DNA from: Trichomonas gallinae
Taxonomy: Eukaryota
Length of the DNA: 35,094 nt
Assembly: GCA_008369845.1 (NCBI GenBank)
Contig: MRSU01004861.1
Span: 1 to 35,094 of the forward strand
Reading direction: 5' to 3'
Position 1 is the stretch's first letter; each line of letters opens with the position of its first letter. Below, one piece after another: positions 10,987 through 21,800 of the stretch. The translations under genes were made by a program, and so were the position numbers. Under the pieces are notes generated by a model. It did not search any database. It had not been told where the DNA came from and worked only from the letters and a program-made list of their open reading frames with translations.

Positions 10987-11187
10987 ATGGATATTTATGA
11001 TCAGTGGGTTATTGATATTCCTAGGAGACTTTTGATTGATAGGCAAATCAAGGAAACTGGTGAAGATAAACTATTTCTAGCAGTCGATGATCCTTCTAAA
11101 GCTGTTCCGCCTGAACTTCCACCAGAACAACTAATACACTTATTCGATCAGACGACATCTCAACATATTGATTGTAGCCATAACTAA
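10987..11187 (+). CDS. Small acidic, Pro-containing protein (66 aa), possibly a divergent APC13
   Basis: Inr-like TCATAT at 10971 and TGTCATGTAA at 10936 upstream; GC higher than the flanks; LID..EDKL..D..AVPPELPPEQ pattern. Confidence 0.55.
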   Translation: MDIYDQWVIDIPRRLLIDRQIKETGEDKLFLAVDDPSKAVPPELPPEQLIHLFDQTTSQHIDCSHN

Positions 11188-11645
11188 TTTAGAATTACTG
11201 ATCCTATCAATCTCTTATTTTTTTTTTTCGAAATGCAATCACACAATTTTAGTCGTTTCTATTAATTGTAATCATTGAATACCATCTGTTTTGTAGTAAA
11301 TTATTCATATAAAACAAAAAAATCAAAATTTGATTTTTTCCTTTAACAAAGTTATAGCCAATGTAATTCTGTGTAATTAATACCTATGTTAAATGAAATA
11401 AAATTTCTATTATTAATAGCTCTTCATTTTAAAAATACTATTGGATTATTAATAATGTTGTTCAAATGGATTGTGGAATGTTTGTGATGGTTCTGTATGA
11501 TCTATAGATGAGACTAAGACGAATGATTGTAATCGGAATTAAATAACCTTATTAACTATAATTTCATAGATTTATGTTATTGATAAAGAAATATAATATA
11601 ATTCTATTCGATAGTTTACGACTACTTTCATTTTAATGTTCATAA

Positions 11646-12650
11646 ATGATAAGGAAGAGGGAAAACAATGCACGATTTTTCACACAGACGATTATGTTGA
11701 TTTTTGCAATTGTTTTCGTAACAATGATATTAGTTGTCTGGCCCCTGTTCAAACAAAACAATCCACATAGCAAATACGCGAACGCAAAAATATTTCTTGC
11801 AGTAATTTCCGATAAAACGACCGAAAACAGAACCCAAATATTCGATAAGTTCTACAGAGAGCATTTTCTTACAAATGAAGTCCACGGACCAGTTTATTTT
11901 TATTCTGATTTATCTCCAGAAGTAAATCCGCAAAACTATCCTGTTACACAGATCAAAACAGATCATTTGGCATCTCAAACTACTGTTCGTCCATTTATTT
12001 ACGATTTACTCAAGAAATTTATTGTTTCACTCGAATATTTTGTGCATGAAACAAATGCTGACTGGATGATACGCCCTACAGATGATGTTTATCTTAATCC
12101 ACGAAATTGGCCGGGCAACTTGCTTCGAAAACTAGAAAATTTTTCAGATCCTGCTAATAAACCTTATTTTCTTGGCGATTGTCGTATAACAGATGGCCAT
12201 AAACATGTCCATGGAGGTTCTGGACCTGTTATTTCGCGCGCTGCAGCAAAATTAATTCTTCAAGGCCAGAATGAGCTTTTCTTAAAGCCAGCAACAAAAT
12301 GGGAAGACTTCATTCTTCCTGAATTCATCGAGAAGAATCTTGGATTGAAAGAATACTGTATGCCTGGTATCTCAGGTTACGAGTTTCCAAAACCTTTATA
12401 TGATCAGATTATGTTAGGAAATTATTCGAAAATTCCACTTTGTGAGGATGTATATGAAGAAGGTGAGGATGTTGGTTGCAGCAAAGGAATGCAGTCGCTC
12501 AAGGATATTGTTATATGGCACCAATACTGGAGTAGGACTGATCCTTTGATCAAAAACATGCACTACATCATTTCAATCATCCCATCACACATAATGTGGT
12601 ATAGAGTCAAGGAAGGAATCAAACTGTGTTCAAATAAAATTGTTATATGA
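11646..12650 (+). CDS. Type II membrane glycosyltransferase, GT31/Fringe/galactosyltransferase-like
   Basis: Basic N-tail plus signal anchor (IMLIFAIVFVTMILVVW), DWMIRPTDDVY, HGGSGPVISRAA, WED; Inr TCATT at 11628. Confidence 0.8.
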   Translation: MIRKRENNARFFTQTIMLIFAIVFVTMILVVWPLFKQNNPHSKYANAKIFLAVISDKTTENRTQIFDKFYREHFLTNEVHGPVYFYSDLSPEVNPQNYPVTQIKTDHLASQTTVRPFIYDLLKKFIVSLEYFVHETNADWMIRPTDDVYLNPRNWPGNLLRKLENFSDPANKPYFLGDCRITDGHKHVHGGSGPVISRAAAKLILQGQNELFLKPATKWEDFILPEFIEKNLGLKEYCMPGISGYEFPKPLYDQIMLGNYSKIPLCEDVYEEGEDVGCSKGMQSLKDIVIWHQYWSRTDPLIKNMHYIISIIPSHIMWYRVKEGIKLCSNKIVI

Positions 12651-12705
12651 ATTGTTCGAATAAAATGCAATCTTTTGAATATTCAGAAGAAGTTTGGTAT
12701 AAAAC

Positions 12706-12958
12706 TCAAAAGGTGCAGACATCAAAAATTCTGATATTTGTCAAAGATTAATCAGGGTAATAATTGAAGTCTACTAGCGTAGGTGATTAAAATTGAACGA
12801 ATCTAGTAGGTGAGCAGGATAGTATACTATACACCCTAATAACATTCAAGAAGCTAAAACTTATTTATTCATTAATTAAAATGTGGGATCCTAATCTATA
12901 GATCGATGGCCTTAACTTTGAAGGTTTCCGCTAATAAAACAGATGTCTGTACCTTTGA
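12706..12958 (+). ncRNA. Candidate structured non-coding RNA or inverted-repeat element, family unknown
   Basis: 15-bp closing stem 12709-12723/12942-12956 enclosing several hairpins; the non-Watson-Crick pairs in these stems are G-U on the + strand. Confidence 0.4.
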
Positions 12959-13635
12959 AATGTATAGATAAAAATTAGACATATTGGCATCAATAGTACT
13001 AGTGAATTGAGTAATATGGTAAAATTACTACTAACAATAAGGTTAAATTTTTAAGTGACATGTAAATTTTTTGTCAAAAAAAAAAAACTTGTCAGAATAA
13101 ATTGAATATTGAAATTTTATAATACAAAGGCAGCAATATAAATAAAATTGAATTTTGTTGAATATTGAATGAAATTTCAGATCCGTAAAAATTAATCGGG
13201 ATTTACGGGCGCAGAATAATGACAAAAATTGGGGAATATTTTAGCATTTTATATTCTATTAGTTTTAGATTAATTTTTTTGAATCTCAAATAATCGTTTG
13301 TTCGATAGAAATTTATATTCGTTGTCAAATAAACTTGTCAAAATTTTTTGTAAAATCCCTTTATGACAACATTTTTGTCACGTAATTGGTATTTTGTCAA
13401 TGTAATGCTATCAATACATAATTTATTGCCATGTAATTTGTATTTTTGTCAGAATAATGTTAACAATCCAAAATTTATTGTCATGTAAATCTCTATATTT
13501 ACATTTATCAAAAAATACCCATCAAATTTTAAATGAGCGCCGACCACCCAAATTTCAAAAATATATATATATACAGAATGGCTATATTTCGAGATTGTTA
13601 AATAATCACAAATATAAAAAAAAGTAAAAAAAAAT

Positions 13636-15540
13636 ATGGCGAATCCTATGATGTGTTTACAGGGCGAAGCACCGCCTGTCAGACGTGTTACTCGTCCGCC
13701 AATCGTCTTCCGCCACCCAGAGAATAAGCAGCAACAGCAGACACAGAATGTTTGCGTGAAAACAAAAGGCGCGATTTGTTTTCTCTGCTTATTTGATGGT
13801 CTAAGAACACCAACAATTCGTAGATTAAGTCGAAAACCTCGATTGATATGTAATAAACCGCTTTTAACGTTTGATCCATCAGTATTCGCGCCATCATCGC
13901 AAAATGCTATTCAAGATTTATACATGAATTCGCTAAAATGTTCGTCAGAAATCGTCGTCGATCCTCCTGTGAAAGATGCACTCGATATGATACATCGTTT
14001 ATCACAAAATGCAACAAGTGAGCGCGTCATATTACATTATTTCGGTCAGGGATGCAATCCACCATCGCCAGACGGATCTATATTTTTCTTTTCAGAAGAT
14101 CGTGCCAGATATAAGCCTGTAAAACTCGAAGTTTTGTTCCAATACGTTCCTGGACCGATTTGCGTTATTGTAGACTGTCCATCTGCTGCCGTTCTGGCAA
14201 ACGCATTCTCACAGCATAAAGATACGCTTGGTTTCTTCGCTTGCAGTCAAAATGAACAATTACCAATTTCTACTGACGCACCATGGGATCTTTTCAGTTC
14301 CTGCCTTCTCTCTCCGTTTGAGACAGCACTCTGGTGGCACACTCGCCGCCATAGCTGCGTCTTCGAAATTCCAGAAAGATTCCAAAAAGTCGAAAGCACA
14401 AGTTTCATCAAGCAATTTTTCTTCGCCCTTCTTGAGGCAATTGCGTTTGATACACAGCCTCAAGGTTTATTCGAAACATTTACGAAAGATCCTGCGATGG
14501 CATCATTAGCCCGCGGATTCGTCTTATCGCAGCGCGTCATGCAGTCATTCAACCTCCACCCTGTCTCCCTTCCGGCCCTCAAGCCGACATCCAGCCACGA
14601 CCTCTGGTTCTTCTGGGACACAGCAATTGACTGCGCTTTGGCTATGAACGACGATGTCTCATCTAAAATGATCTTCAAGCTCTTCATAGAGAGCTTCCAC
14701 AACTTCCCGAGTGTCGGCGTCATGCCGATTTTCTCTTTCTTCATCACACGGCCAGAATTCCGCGAAGAATCAGTCCGCGTCTTGATAGAATACATCGACA
14801 ACCACGCAGACGTCGCTGAATCAGCTTCTAGGTCCAACATAGCGCGCACAATCGTGGAGATGAACAATCCAAGCGGATCAACATGTTTGTTATTGGCCAA
14901 GCTTCTTTCCATTGGATCTGGAGTTTCTCCTTTCCAGCAGCAGTGGCCGTTTTGGTTCAAAGAGTCAGCTGATGCATCAGACGTCAAAGCGGGCCTTCTC
15001 GCTATTTGCTGCGCGATCTCTTCGAACTTCATGTCGTCGTTCACTAAGATACACGCAATATGCATAAAGAGGGCTATAGACTGCGCGCCATATTCAGCAG
15101 TATTAATCGGTTTGCTGCTCCAGCGCGCTGAGAGATTAATCAACTTGCCTGCATTCGGAAGCAATTTCACTCCACTTCTTGATAGCGATCTTCCTGAGAA
15201 CAGGCTCGCGTCTGCGTTCTTGATGGGCGTCATGAAGGAGAGATCGAGCATACAGAAGCTAGCTGAGATGCTCGGAAATGACAAAGAAGTGTCAGATGTC
15301 AGATGCCAGTGCTGTATATCTCTCGGACAACTGATGAAGCAGCAACCTGACCCGGCAATTAACGCGGCGCTCGGAAAGGCCTGCAGGGATAAGGACTCTA
15401 AAGTTGCTGAATTGGCGCAGATGGTATTATCGTCTAGATTAGAGCAGGCGATTGAGAAGTATAATTTGTTGAAGAATCTTATCAACTCTGTCAAGAAGAA
15501 CGGATTTTATGATAGATATTATTCTGGACTGCTTTGTTAA
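13636..15540 (+). CDS. Raptor-like protein (Raptor N-terminal caspase-like domain plus HEAT repeats, no WD40)
   Basis: KTKGAICFLCL, DPPV, ERVILHYFGQG, IVDCPSA, ACSQNEQLP, DLFSSCLLSP, DPAMASLARGFVLSQRVM, HDLWFFWDTAID follow Raptor/KOG1 conserved blocks in order. Confidence 0.9.
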   Translation: MANPMMCLQGEAPPVRRVTRPPIVFRHPENKQQQQTQNVCVKTKGAICFLCLFDGLRTPTIRRLSRKPRLICNKPLLTFDPSVFAPSSQNAIQDLYMNSLKCSSEIVVDPPVKDALDMIHRLSQNATSERVILHYFGQGCNPPSPDGSIFFFSEDRARYKPVKLEVLFQYVPGPICVIVDCPSAAVLANAFSQHKDTLGFFACSQNEQLPISTDAPWDLFSSCLLSPFETALWWHTRRHSCVFEIPERFQKVESTSFIKQFFFALLEAIAFDTQPQGLFETFTKDPAMASLARGFVLSQRVMQSFNLHPVSLPALKPTSSHDLWFFWDTAIDCALAMNDDVSSKMIFKLFIESFHNFPSVGVMPIFSFFITRPEFREESVRVLIEYIDNHADVAESASRSNIARTIVEMNNPSGSTCLLLAKLLSIGSGVSPFQQQWPFWFKESADASDVKAGLLAICCAISSNFMSSFTKIHAICIKRAIDCAPYSAVLIGLLLQRAERLINLPAFGSNFTPLLDSDLPENRLASAFLMGVMKERSSIQKLAEMLGNDKEVSDVRCQCCISLGQLMKQQPDPAINAALGKACRDKDSKVAELAQMVLSSRLEQAIEKYNLLKNLINSVKKNGFYDRYYSGLLC

Positions 15541-15979
15541 GTATGCTTACTATCCATTCTAAATTTTATTGTTTTATTTGCAAATAAATTATTCGATATT
15601 TTAATTACGACCAAAAAAAAATCATTTCAAAAACATCAATTTCGTCTATTAACTTGATATATTTATATTAATCATCAAAATATCAAAATATAACAATTAT
15701 TTAAAAATTTCTCATTTTCTTGTTAACAAGATGATTTTTGTTAATAATATATTGTTTATCTATCATTTTATTATATTTGATAAGATAAATATAAAAATCT
15801 TTTATTATTATGTTAAATGACTTTGAATTATATTAAGATTTGTCATGTATGATCATATTTTTGAAAATATTTAATATTGATCTTAATAATTAAAAAAATA
15901 TGATTATATTCGCGTATATATTAAGAATATGTCACTAAAAATCTAATATAAAGAAAAATTATATTTTATACAAACAAAA

Positions 15980-16917
15980 TTAGAATTTTATGATTTGCGC
16001 GCCGCTTTTAATGTGTGTTGAGTTTGCCATATACTTGGCTCCTTCGAGTGCAAGAGAGAAATTGCCGTTAGTTAGCGCGATATCTTTATTTATTGACCTC
16101 CTGATATCTACCCTTCCTCTACTGATACTATTATCTTCCAAGTAATGCGTGCAATTGATGCACTCCAAAGCTACCACTTTTGCTTCATTGTTTAGCCATC
16201 CGTGTATCCATTCAGCCCAATGCCCGCCTGATGTAATGAATGGCGGGACCCTTTCGATGAGTTTATTATGGTGGACAACGTTTAACATGAAATATTCCGG
16301 AAAGGCTGTTCTTGGTACACCTCTGTGTGCATAGCCTCTGCCAGCGTAAATCATTGTTGTATCGTTGTTAAAATGCTCGGAAACTCGCTTTAGCAGCTTG
16401 ATCCATTTATTTGTGACTAAAATATCAGGACGAATGAATGTAACATAGTGTGTTGTAGATAGTTTGGCACCAATATTAAACCAGTCGTCAACATAGACTT
16501 GTTTTCGCAAGTCTGTGCGTTTTACGAATCGAAATTTGACTCTTTCTGATGGAAAATTTGCTGCAAATTTGCCAGATTTATCAACTTTCGATGAAGCTTT
16601 TAGAAATATCACGTTTGTATTATTAGAAACGTTCAGCCAAGAATTAACGCATTGAATTTTGTATTTATTGAGGCTAGTGTACGGATTTAAGTAGCTAACA
16701 AATGTTATGTGTGAAATAGACATATTTGTCTTATAATTTTCTTCGTCGCAGTATTCGCAATTATATTGTTGTCGATTTCCGAATTCTCCAACTGCAAAAG
16801 CAGTAATAAAGAAGATTCCTAATACAACAGTGCAGTAGAACTTCCAAAAATCACTGCTTGGTCTTCGAAATCTTTGGTTAATTTGTGATTGCTGCGTTAT
16901 ATTAAAAATGAAGTCAT
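15980..16917 (-). CDS. Type II membrane protein, glycosyltransferase-like; 5' end interrupted by a 1-nt frameshift
   Basis: The frame of ORF 16723 stays open upstream through RFRRP and a TM segment (FWKFYCTVVLGIFFITAFAVG); the ATG at 16917 after Inr TCATT is out of frame by one base; FIRPDIL resembles a degenerate GT-A motif. Confidence 0.65.
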
Positions 16918-17229
16918 TGTTAATGAAAAATATTTAAAATGTTACTAAAATAACATTTTCCAGTATTAAAAAAGCCAAGAAATTGAAAAAAGAATATTAA
17001 TATAATATTTATTAAACAATTAATATAGGAAATAGTATGATACTTATTGTGTCTTAGGATCTTAATCTAATTCTCTTAAGAAAACTTATGCTTACAGCAT
17101 AAAATTAATAAAAAAAATATAATTTCATCAATTCTAAAAAAAAATCAATAGAAAATAGTATAAAAACTGCCTGGAGAGTAATTGACAAGTTCTAATCTGG
17201 ATTTGATTTGGATCATAAACTAAATATTG

Positions 17230-18444
17230 TCATTTCATAAGATTTTGAACTGCTTGTGTAAGTAAACGTATTTGATCTTTCATTTGAAACATTTCACATT
17301 CCATGTTTTCGACTTTCTGTTGCAATTGTTTGATTGTTTGTTTTAATACAAAATTTTCACGATCTGCTGGAGTTTCTGGCATTGCAATTGGACCTGAGCT
17401 TGGCTGTTTTGTTATTGTGAATCTTCCTTTTGTGATTGTATCTGTTTGTTCGACAGAATCGAAATTCCATTGTGGAGGAACTAAATTAGAGGGCGATTCT
17501 ACTTTAGACTCCACGATCTGCTCTATTGGCTGGCTTGTGAACTGCTTCTCCATGATTCGCAGCCTTTCGCCAACAGACGGAATTTTTGATAATAAAGTTG
17601 AAACTAAATAACTTTCTGGGTGTGCTTTTGCTATAAATGGGTGATGCAGTAGATCAGCTGCCGTAGATCTTTGCATTGGATCAGTTTGTAAGCATTGTTC
17701 TACGAAATTTCTAAATTCAGTTGAATACGGCGAATTTGACGGTAACTTCGGCGGTGGAGACTTTAAAATCTTCACCATAACCTCCATTTGTTTTAGTTTT
17801 GAATATGGAGCCTCTCCTGTTGCTAATTCAATCGCTGTAATTCCCAAAGACCAAATGTCGGCCTTTTCAGTGTATCCGTGGTCCTCAGTAAGTACCTCAG
17901 GCGCCATATAGCATGGAGTACCGATAACTGTGTAGCGTGCTCTTTGTCTTTGGCCATCTTGAAACAAACTCGCTGCAACTCCGAAATCTCCTATTTTAAC
18001 TGCACCATCCGAGCAAACTAGTATGTTTCCTGGCTTGATATCGCGATGAATTTGGCCGTTCGTGTGAATATAATTAAGTGCGTTTAATACGCTTTTCAGA
18101 ATAGTTGCTATAATGATTTCGTCACTGAATCCGCGTGGAAATCCAAAACGCATAATGTCGTATATTGAGCCAGCGCTGCAGTACTCCATCAAGATATAAA
18201 TTATAGAGCCATCAATAAATGAGCCGTAGTATCCAACAACGTTTGGGTGGGCCGATGATGACCAAAATGAAACCTCCTGGCGAAGAAATTCTAATTCTAT
18301 TGGGTACATTTCGAGATCAATCTTCTTGATCGATATTTCTTTGTTGTTATCGATGCATATAGCAGCTATGACCTCGGATGTCGCACCGTGTCCTATTTTT
18401 TCAACAAATTTATAATGAGATATCATATTTGGGAAGGAAATCAT
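17230..18444 (-). CDS. STE20-family Ser/Thr kinase (SPAK/OSR1-like)
   Basis: GHGATSEV, IKKIDLE, HRDIKPGN, DFG, GTPCYMAPEV, DIWSLGITAIELATGEAPY; C-terminal coiled coil. Confidence 0.96.
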   Translation of the reverse strand: MISFPNMISHYKFVEKIGHGATSEVIAAICIDNNKEISIKKIDLEMYPIELEFLRQEVSFWSSSAHPNVVGYYGSFIDGSIIYILMEYCSAGSIYDIMRFGFPRGFSDEIIIATILKSVLNALNYIHTNGQIHRDIKPGNILVCSDGAVKIGDFGVAASLFQDGQRQRARYTVIGTPCYMAPEVLTEDHGYTEKADIWSLGITAIELATGEAPYSKLKQMEVMVKILKSPPPKLPSNSPYSTEFRNFVEQCLQTDPMQRSTAADLLHHPFIAKAHPESYLVSTLLSKIPSVGERLRIMEKQFTSQPIEQIVESKVESPSNLVPPQWNFDSVEQTDTITKGRFTITKQPSSGPIAMPETPADRENFVLKQTIKQLQQKVENMECEMFQMKDQIRLLTQAVQNLMK

Positions 18445-18835
18445 TTTTTTTTGATAATTGAAAGAAAAAATTGGATAATTATGATTTATATCATGTATTG
18501 ATGCATTTTATTTTCAACGAGCTTTTAAAAAGTGGCATCATCCAAAAAAAAACCTACTGACACGTAAAATCTAAATTTTGTCAAATAAACATGATTATTG
18601 GTATTTTTGACATGTAATATATTCAATTATAACAGAAAATATTGTTTGACAGATTTTCGTTATTTTTGATCATTATTCAGATTTCAAATAGTATTTACTA
18701 TTATGACATTTCCAATATTTTTCGGGTTCATTCACGCCCGTAAAAAGGTATCAGATGTTTTTTAAAATAATTTTTGTCATGTAAAATAAGGATTGTCAAA
18801 ATTGAGGAATTACATCGAACAATTAAAAAAATTGT

Positions 18836-21800
18836 TTACGGATCAGAATCAACTGTTTCAGCGCGTTCGTTGAAGAAGCCTTGTGCAGCAACTTCTTCAA
18901 AATCGTTTCTGAATGGATCGTCTGTGTCACCCATAACAGATGTTGTCCAGAGTGGGTTATCATTTGTAATTGGAGCACTTGTGCTGTCTGGAACGTGGAG
19001 AACTGTTTCTTCGTCCATTTCTACAACGGAGTCTGAAGATGACGACGACTTAGAGTAGCCAACGAAGAACCAAACAAGAAGAGCAATGATTGCAATTGCA
19101 ACAAGAGCAGAAACAACAGCGGCTATGATGATTGACTTGTTGTTCTTTACAGGAATAACTTCACCTTCGCCGATGCCGAAAACTTCGGACTCACCGACGA
19201 TGTATGTCCAGATGGTTGTTTGAGCCGATGTTGCAATTTCTGTGGCAGTTTGGATCCATGTGCCTGTTCCGTCGTTTTCTGTCGAAATCTTCGTATAGGA
19301 TGTTGTGTAGATAATTGTCTCTGTAACAGCACCAGTGACGAATGTCGTAACGATCTTTGATGGTTTCTGTCCTGGCTTCCTTGATGCAGTCGGGAGTGGC
19401 GACTGAGCAGGTGTTGGAGGTGCTGTTGGACGTGGTGTCGGATCAGGAATGTCACCGATAATTATTGTCATTGTATTTTGGGTAGCCTTTTCGTTTGGTA
19501 CATCGCCTGCAACGCACGTTGATGCTGTAACGATAATTGTTTGCATGTTTGCGGTTGCAACTGAGAATGAAATTGAAGGAGACCATGTATATGTGTTAGT
19601 GATCCATGTACCTGAAATAAAGGTGCTTGTCCTCACGAAAACATTTGTGTAGAATGTGTAAAGTGGTGCTTTCAGGTCAAGATATACTTGAACTGGATTG
19701 CTCAAAGTATGGTAAGCGCATTCACTTCGTGTTGGTTCGAATATATTCGTATTTGTGTAGTTGGCGATCTGTGTCTTTGTGTAGCGTGTGCCGATTACAA
19801 CACTAGATGAAACTGCGTATGTGGAGCCGGAAACGTATGTTATAATTGGAACGTCGAGGCAAGTGTCAGTTTTGATGTCTGAAATACCTATTGTGATGAA
19901 GTTTGTCTTCATATATGTGCGAGTTGCTCCATTTTGTGTAAATGTGTAATCAAAGACAGTGAGTAATGTTGGAACGAATTTCTCGGCCTTTGAATAACAT
20001 GAATGCTTAGATGTAAATGATGGGGCAGTTGTATCTGTGTAGATTTCACTAAGCGTCTTTGTTTCTGTGTATGTATATAGCGCCGTTGTTGGGTCTGGAG
20101 TCAAGTGCAATATGATATCTTTGACTTCATATGTAATTGTTGATGTTGTTGTTTTAGCAGCTATAGCCGCATTGTTGCAATCAGTCTCAGTAGCAATTAA
20201 GTAAGTATTGTAATAGATGGATGTCATGATTGCTGTAGCTGTCTGTGCTTCAGTAAATGTGTAAGTGAAAATAGGGTTATTCTTATATGCAATTTTTGTG
20301 AAAGTGCTTGTGAAAATAGTTGATAAAGTATTGATTTCTGATACTTTAGGATAATTATTGTAGTTAGCATCGGTTGTCATGACTTCTGTAAGGCATTTAC
20401 CGTAATTTGCGGCTGTTGATGATTCAGTTTGGGAAATCTTATATTCTGCATACTTTCCTATAAATGTATCAGTTTTTGTTGTAATAACTGTTATAACATT
20501 TGTTTTTGTTGATGAAAGGACACCGACAGTTGTTTTCGCGTTCTTTTGTAGGTCTATAGCTGTTTCAATGAATGTTAATGATTTGATGTAAGTCATAATC
20601 GCATTATTATTCGACTTTGTGTAATGGTTGAACAGGGACTCTGTATATACAACAGTGACCATATAATGTGATTCCTTTGTATCTACAAATTCTGATGTAA
20701 CATAAATGTAAGTGTCACTGTTGGTGAAGGAATATGTGCTGATTTGGGTTGTAGTAAGATCAGGTGCTTGTTGTGTTGGAGTGCTTGAATCGATAGTTCC
20801 TGTAGAGAAAACAGATGATGCTGCAGTGAATGTATTGACAAATGAAATTGATTGTGTAACTGTTTTAGTAGTGAGGAAATCGAATTTCAGGATCGTATAA
20901 TATTTATTCTGATTGCATTGTGGCTTATTATCAAGCATATAATGATCTGTGGTTGTATATGAAAGGCGACCGTTTGCATTTGTAAGCATTACTGTGTTCT
21001 TGGATAGAGTGAACATCTGATTATTGCTATCGCATTTTGTTGCTTCTGTGAATACTGGTACTCGAATATTAGTTTCTATAGCTGTTGGCACTGAACCGGC
21101 TGTGTTTGTAGCCCATGATGGTGCATAGAATGATGTTTCTATATTAATATCTATTGCATTGCGTGTAAGCTTGTAAGTAGTTAATGTTTTGAATGGTATG
21201 AAGATCTTAGTAACAGCTTCGTCTCCGATACTTGTTACTATTGGAGAGTACGATGAAGTTTTGACGATTGTTGTTGTATGGTCATTAACCGCCTGTGTGT
21301 AACCTGTAACTTGAGTGTAAAGAACAGTGATTGTGTTCTTCAAGTTTGTTGTATGTTCTGAATATGATATTGTTGTATATGAGTCTGTTGTCGTTTCTGT
21401 GTACTGATATGTAGATTTTGTTATATATGGATTTTGTGTGGCTGCCGGAATTGTGAATGAATTAATTGGAACATCCTTTGTAGGTCTCGTAGATGGGTGT
21501 GTATATGTCTTTGTTGTCGGGAAAGTAACCTTGCTCTTTGTTGTTGGGTTGGGGAGACGAGTGATTGGCGTGGCGACATATGTGTAAGCAGATGGAGACG
21601 GGTTCTGCGGTTTGGGCTCGGTTGACCTAGACGATGGTGGGTAGCTGATGCTAATAGGAGTTGGATAATTATCAGGAAAATCATCATTATCATCATCATC
21701 TTTACAAATATCATCATTTTCTTTAGGCTTTGTGAGCATTTCAATGACAGTGGCGTTTTCCCATTCCCTTGAGACTTTCGAATAGCCCTTATTTTCCATT

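Noticed and set aside
14460..15494. 344-aa antisense ORF
   Set aside because: Shadow frame of the Raptor-like gene with no recognisable motif
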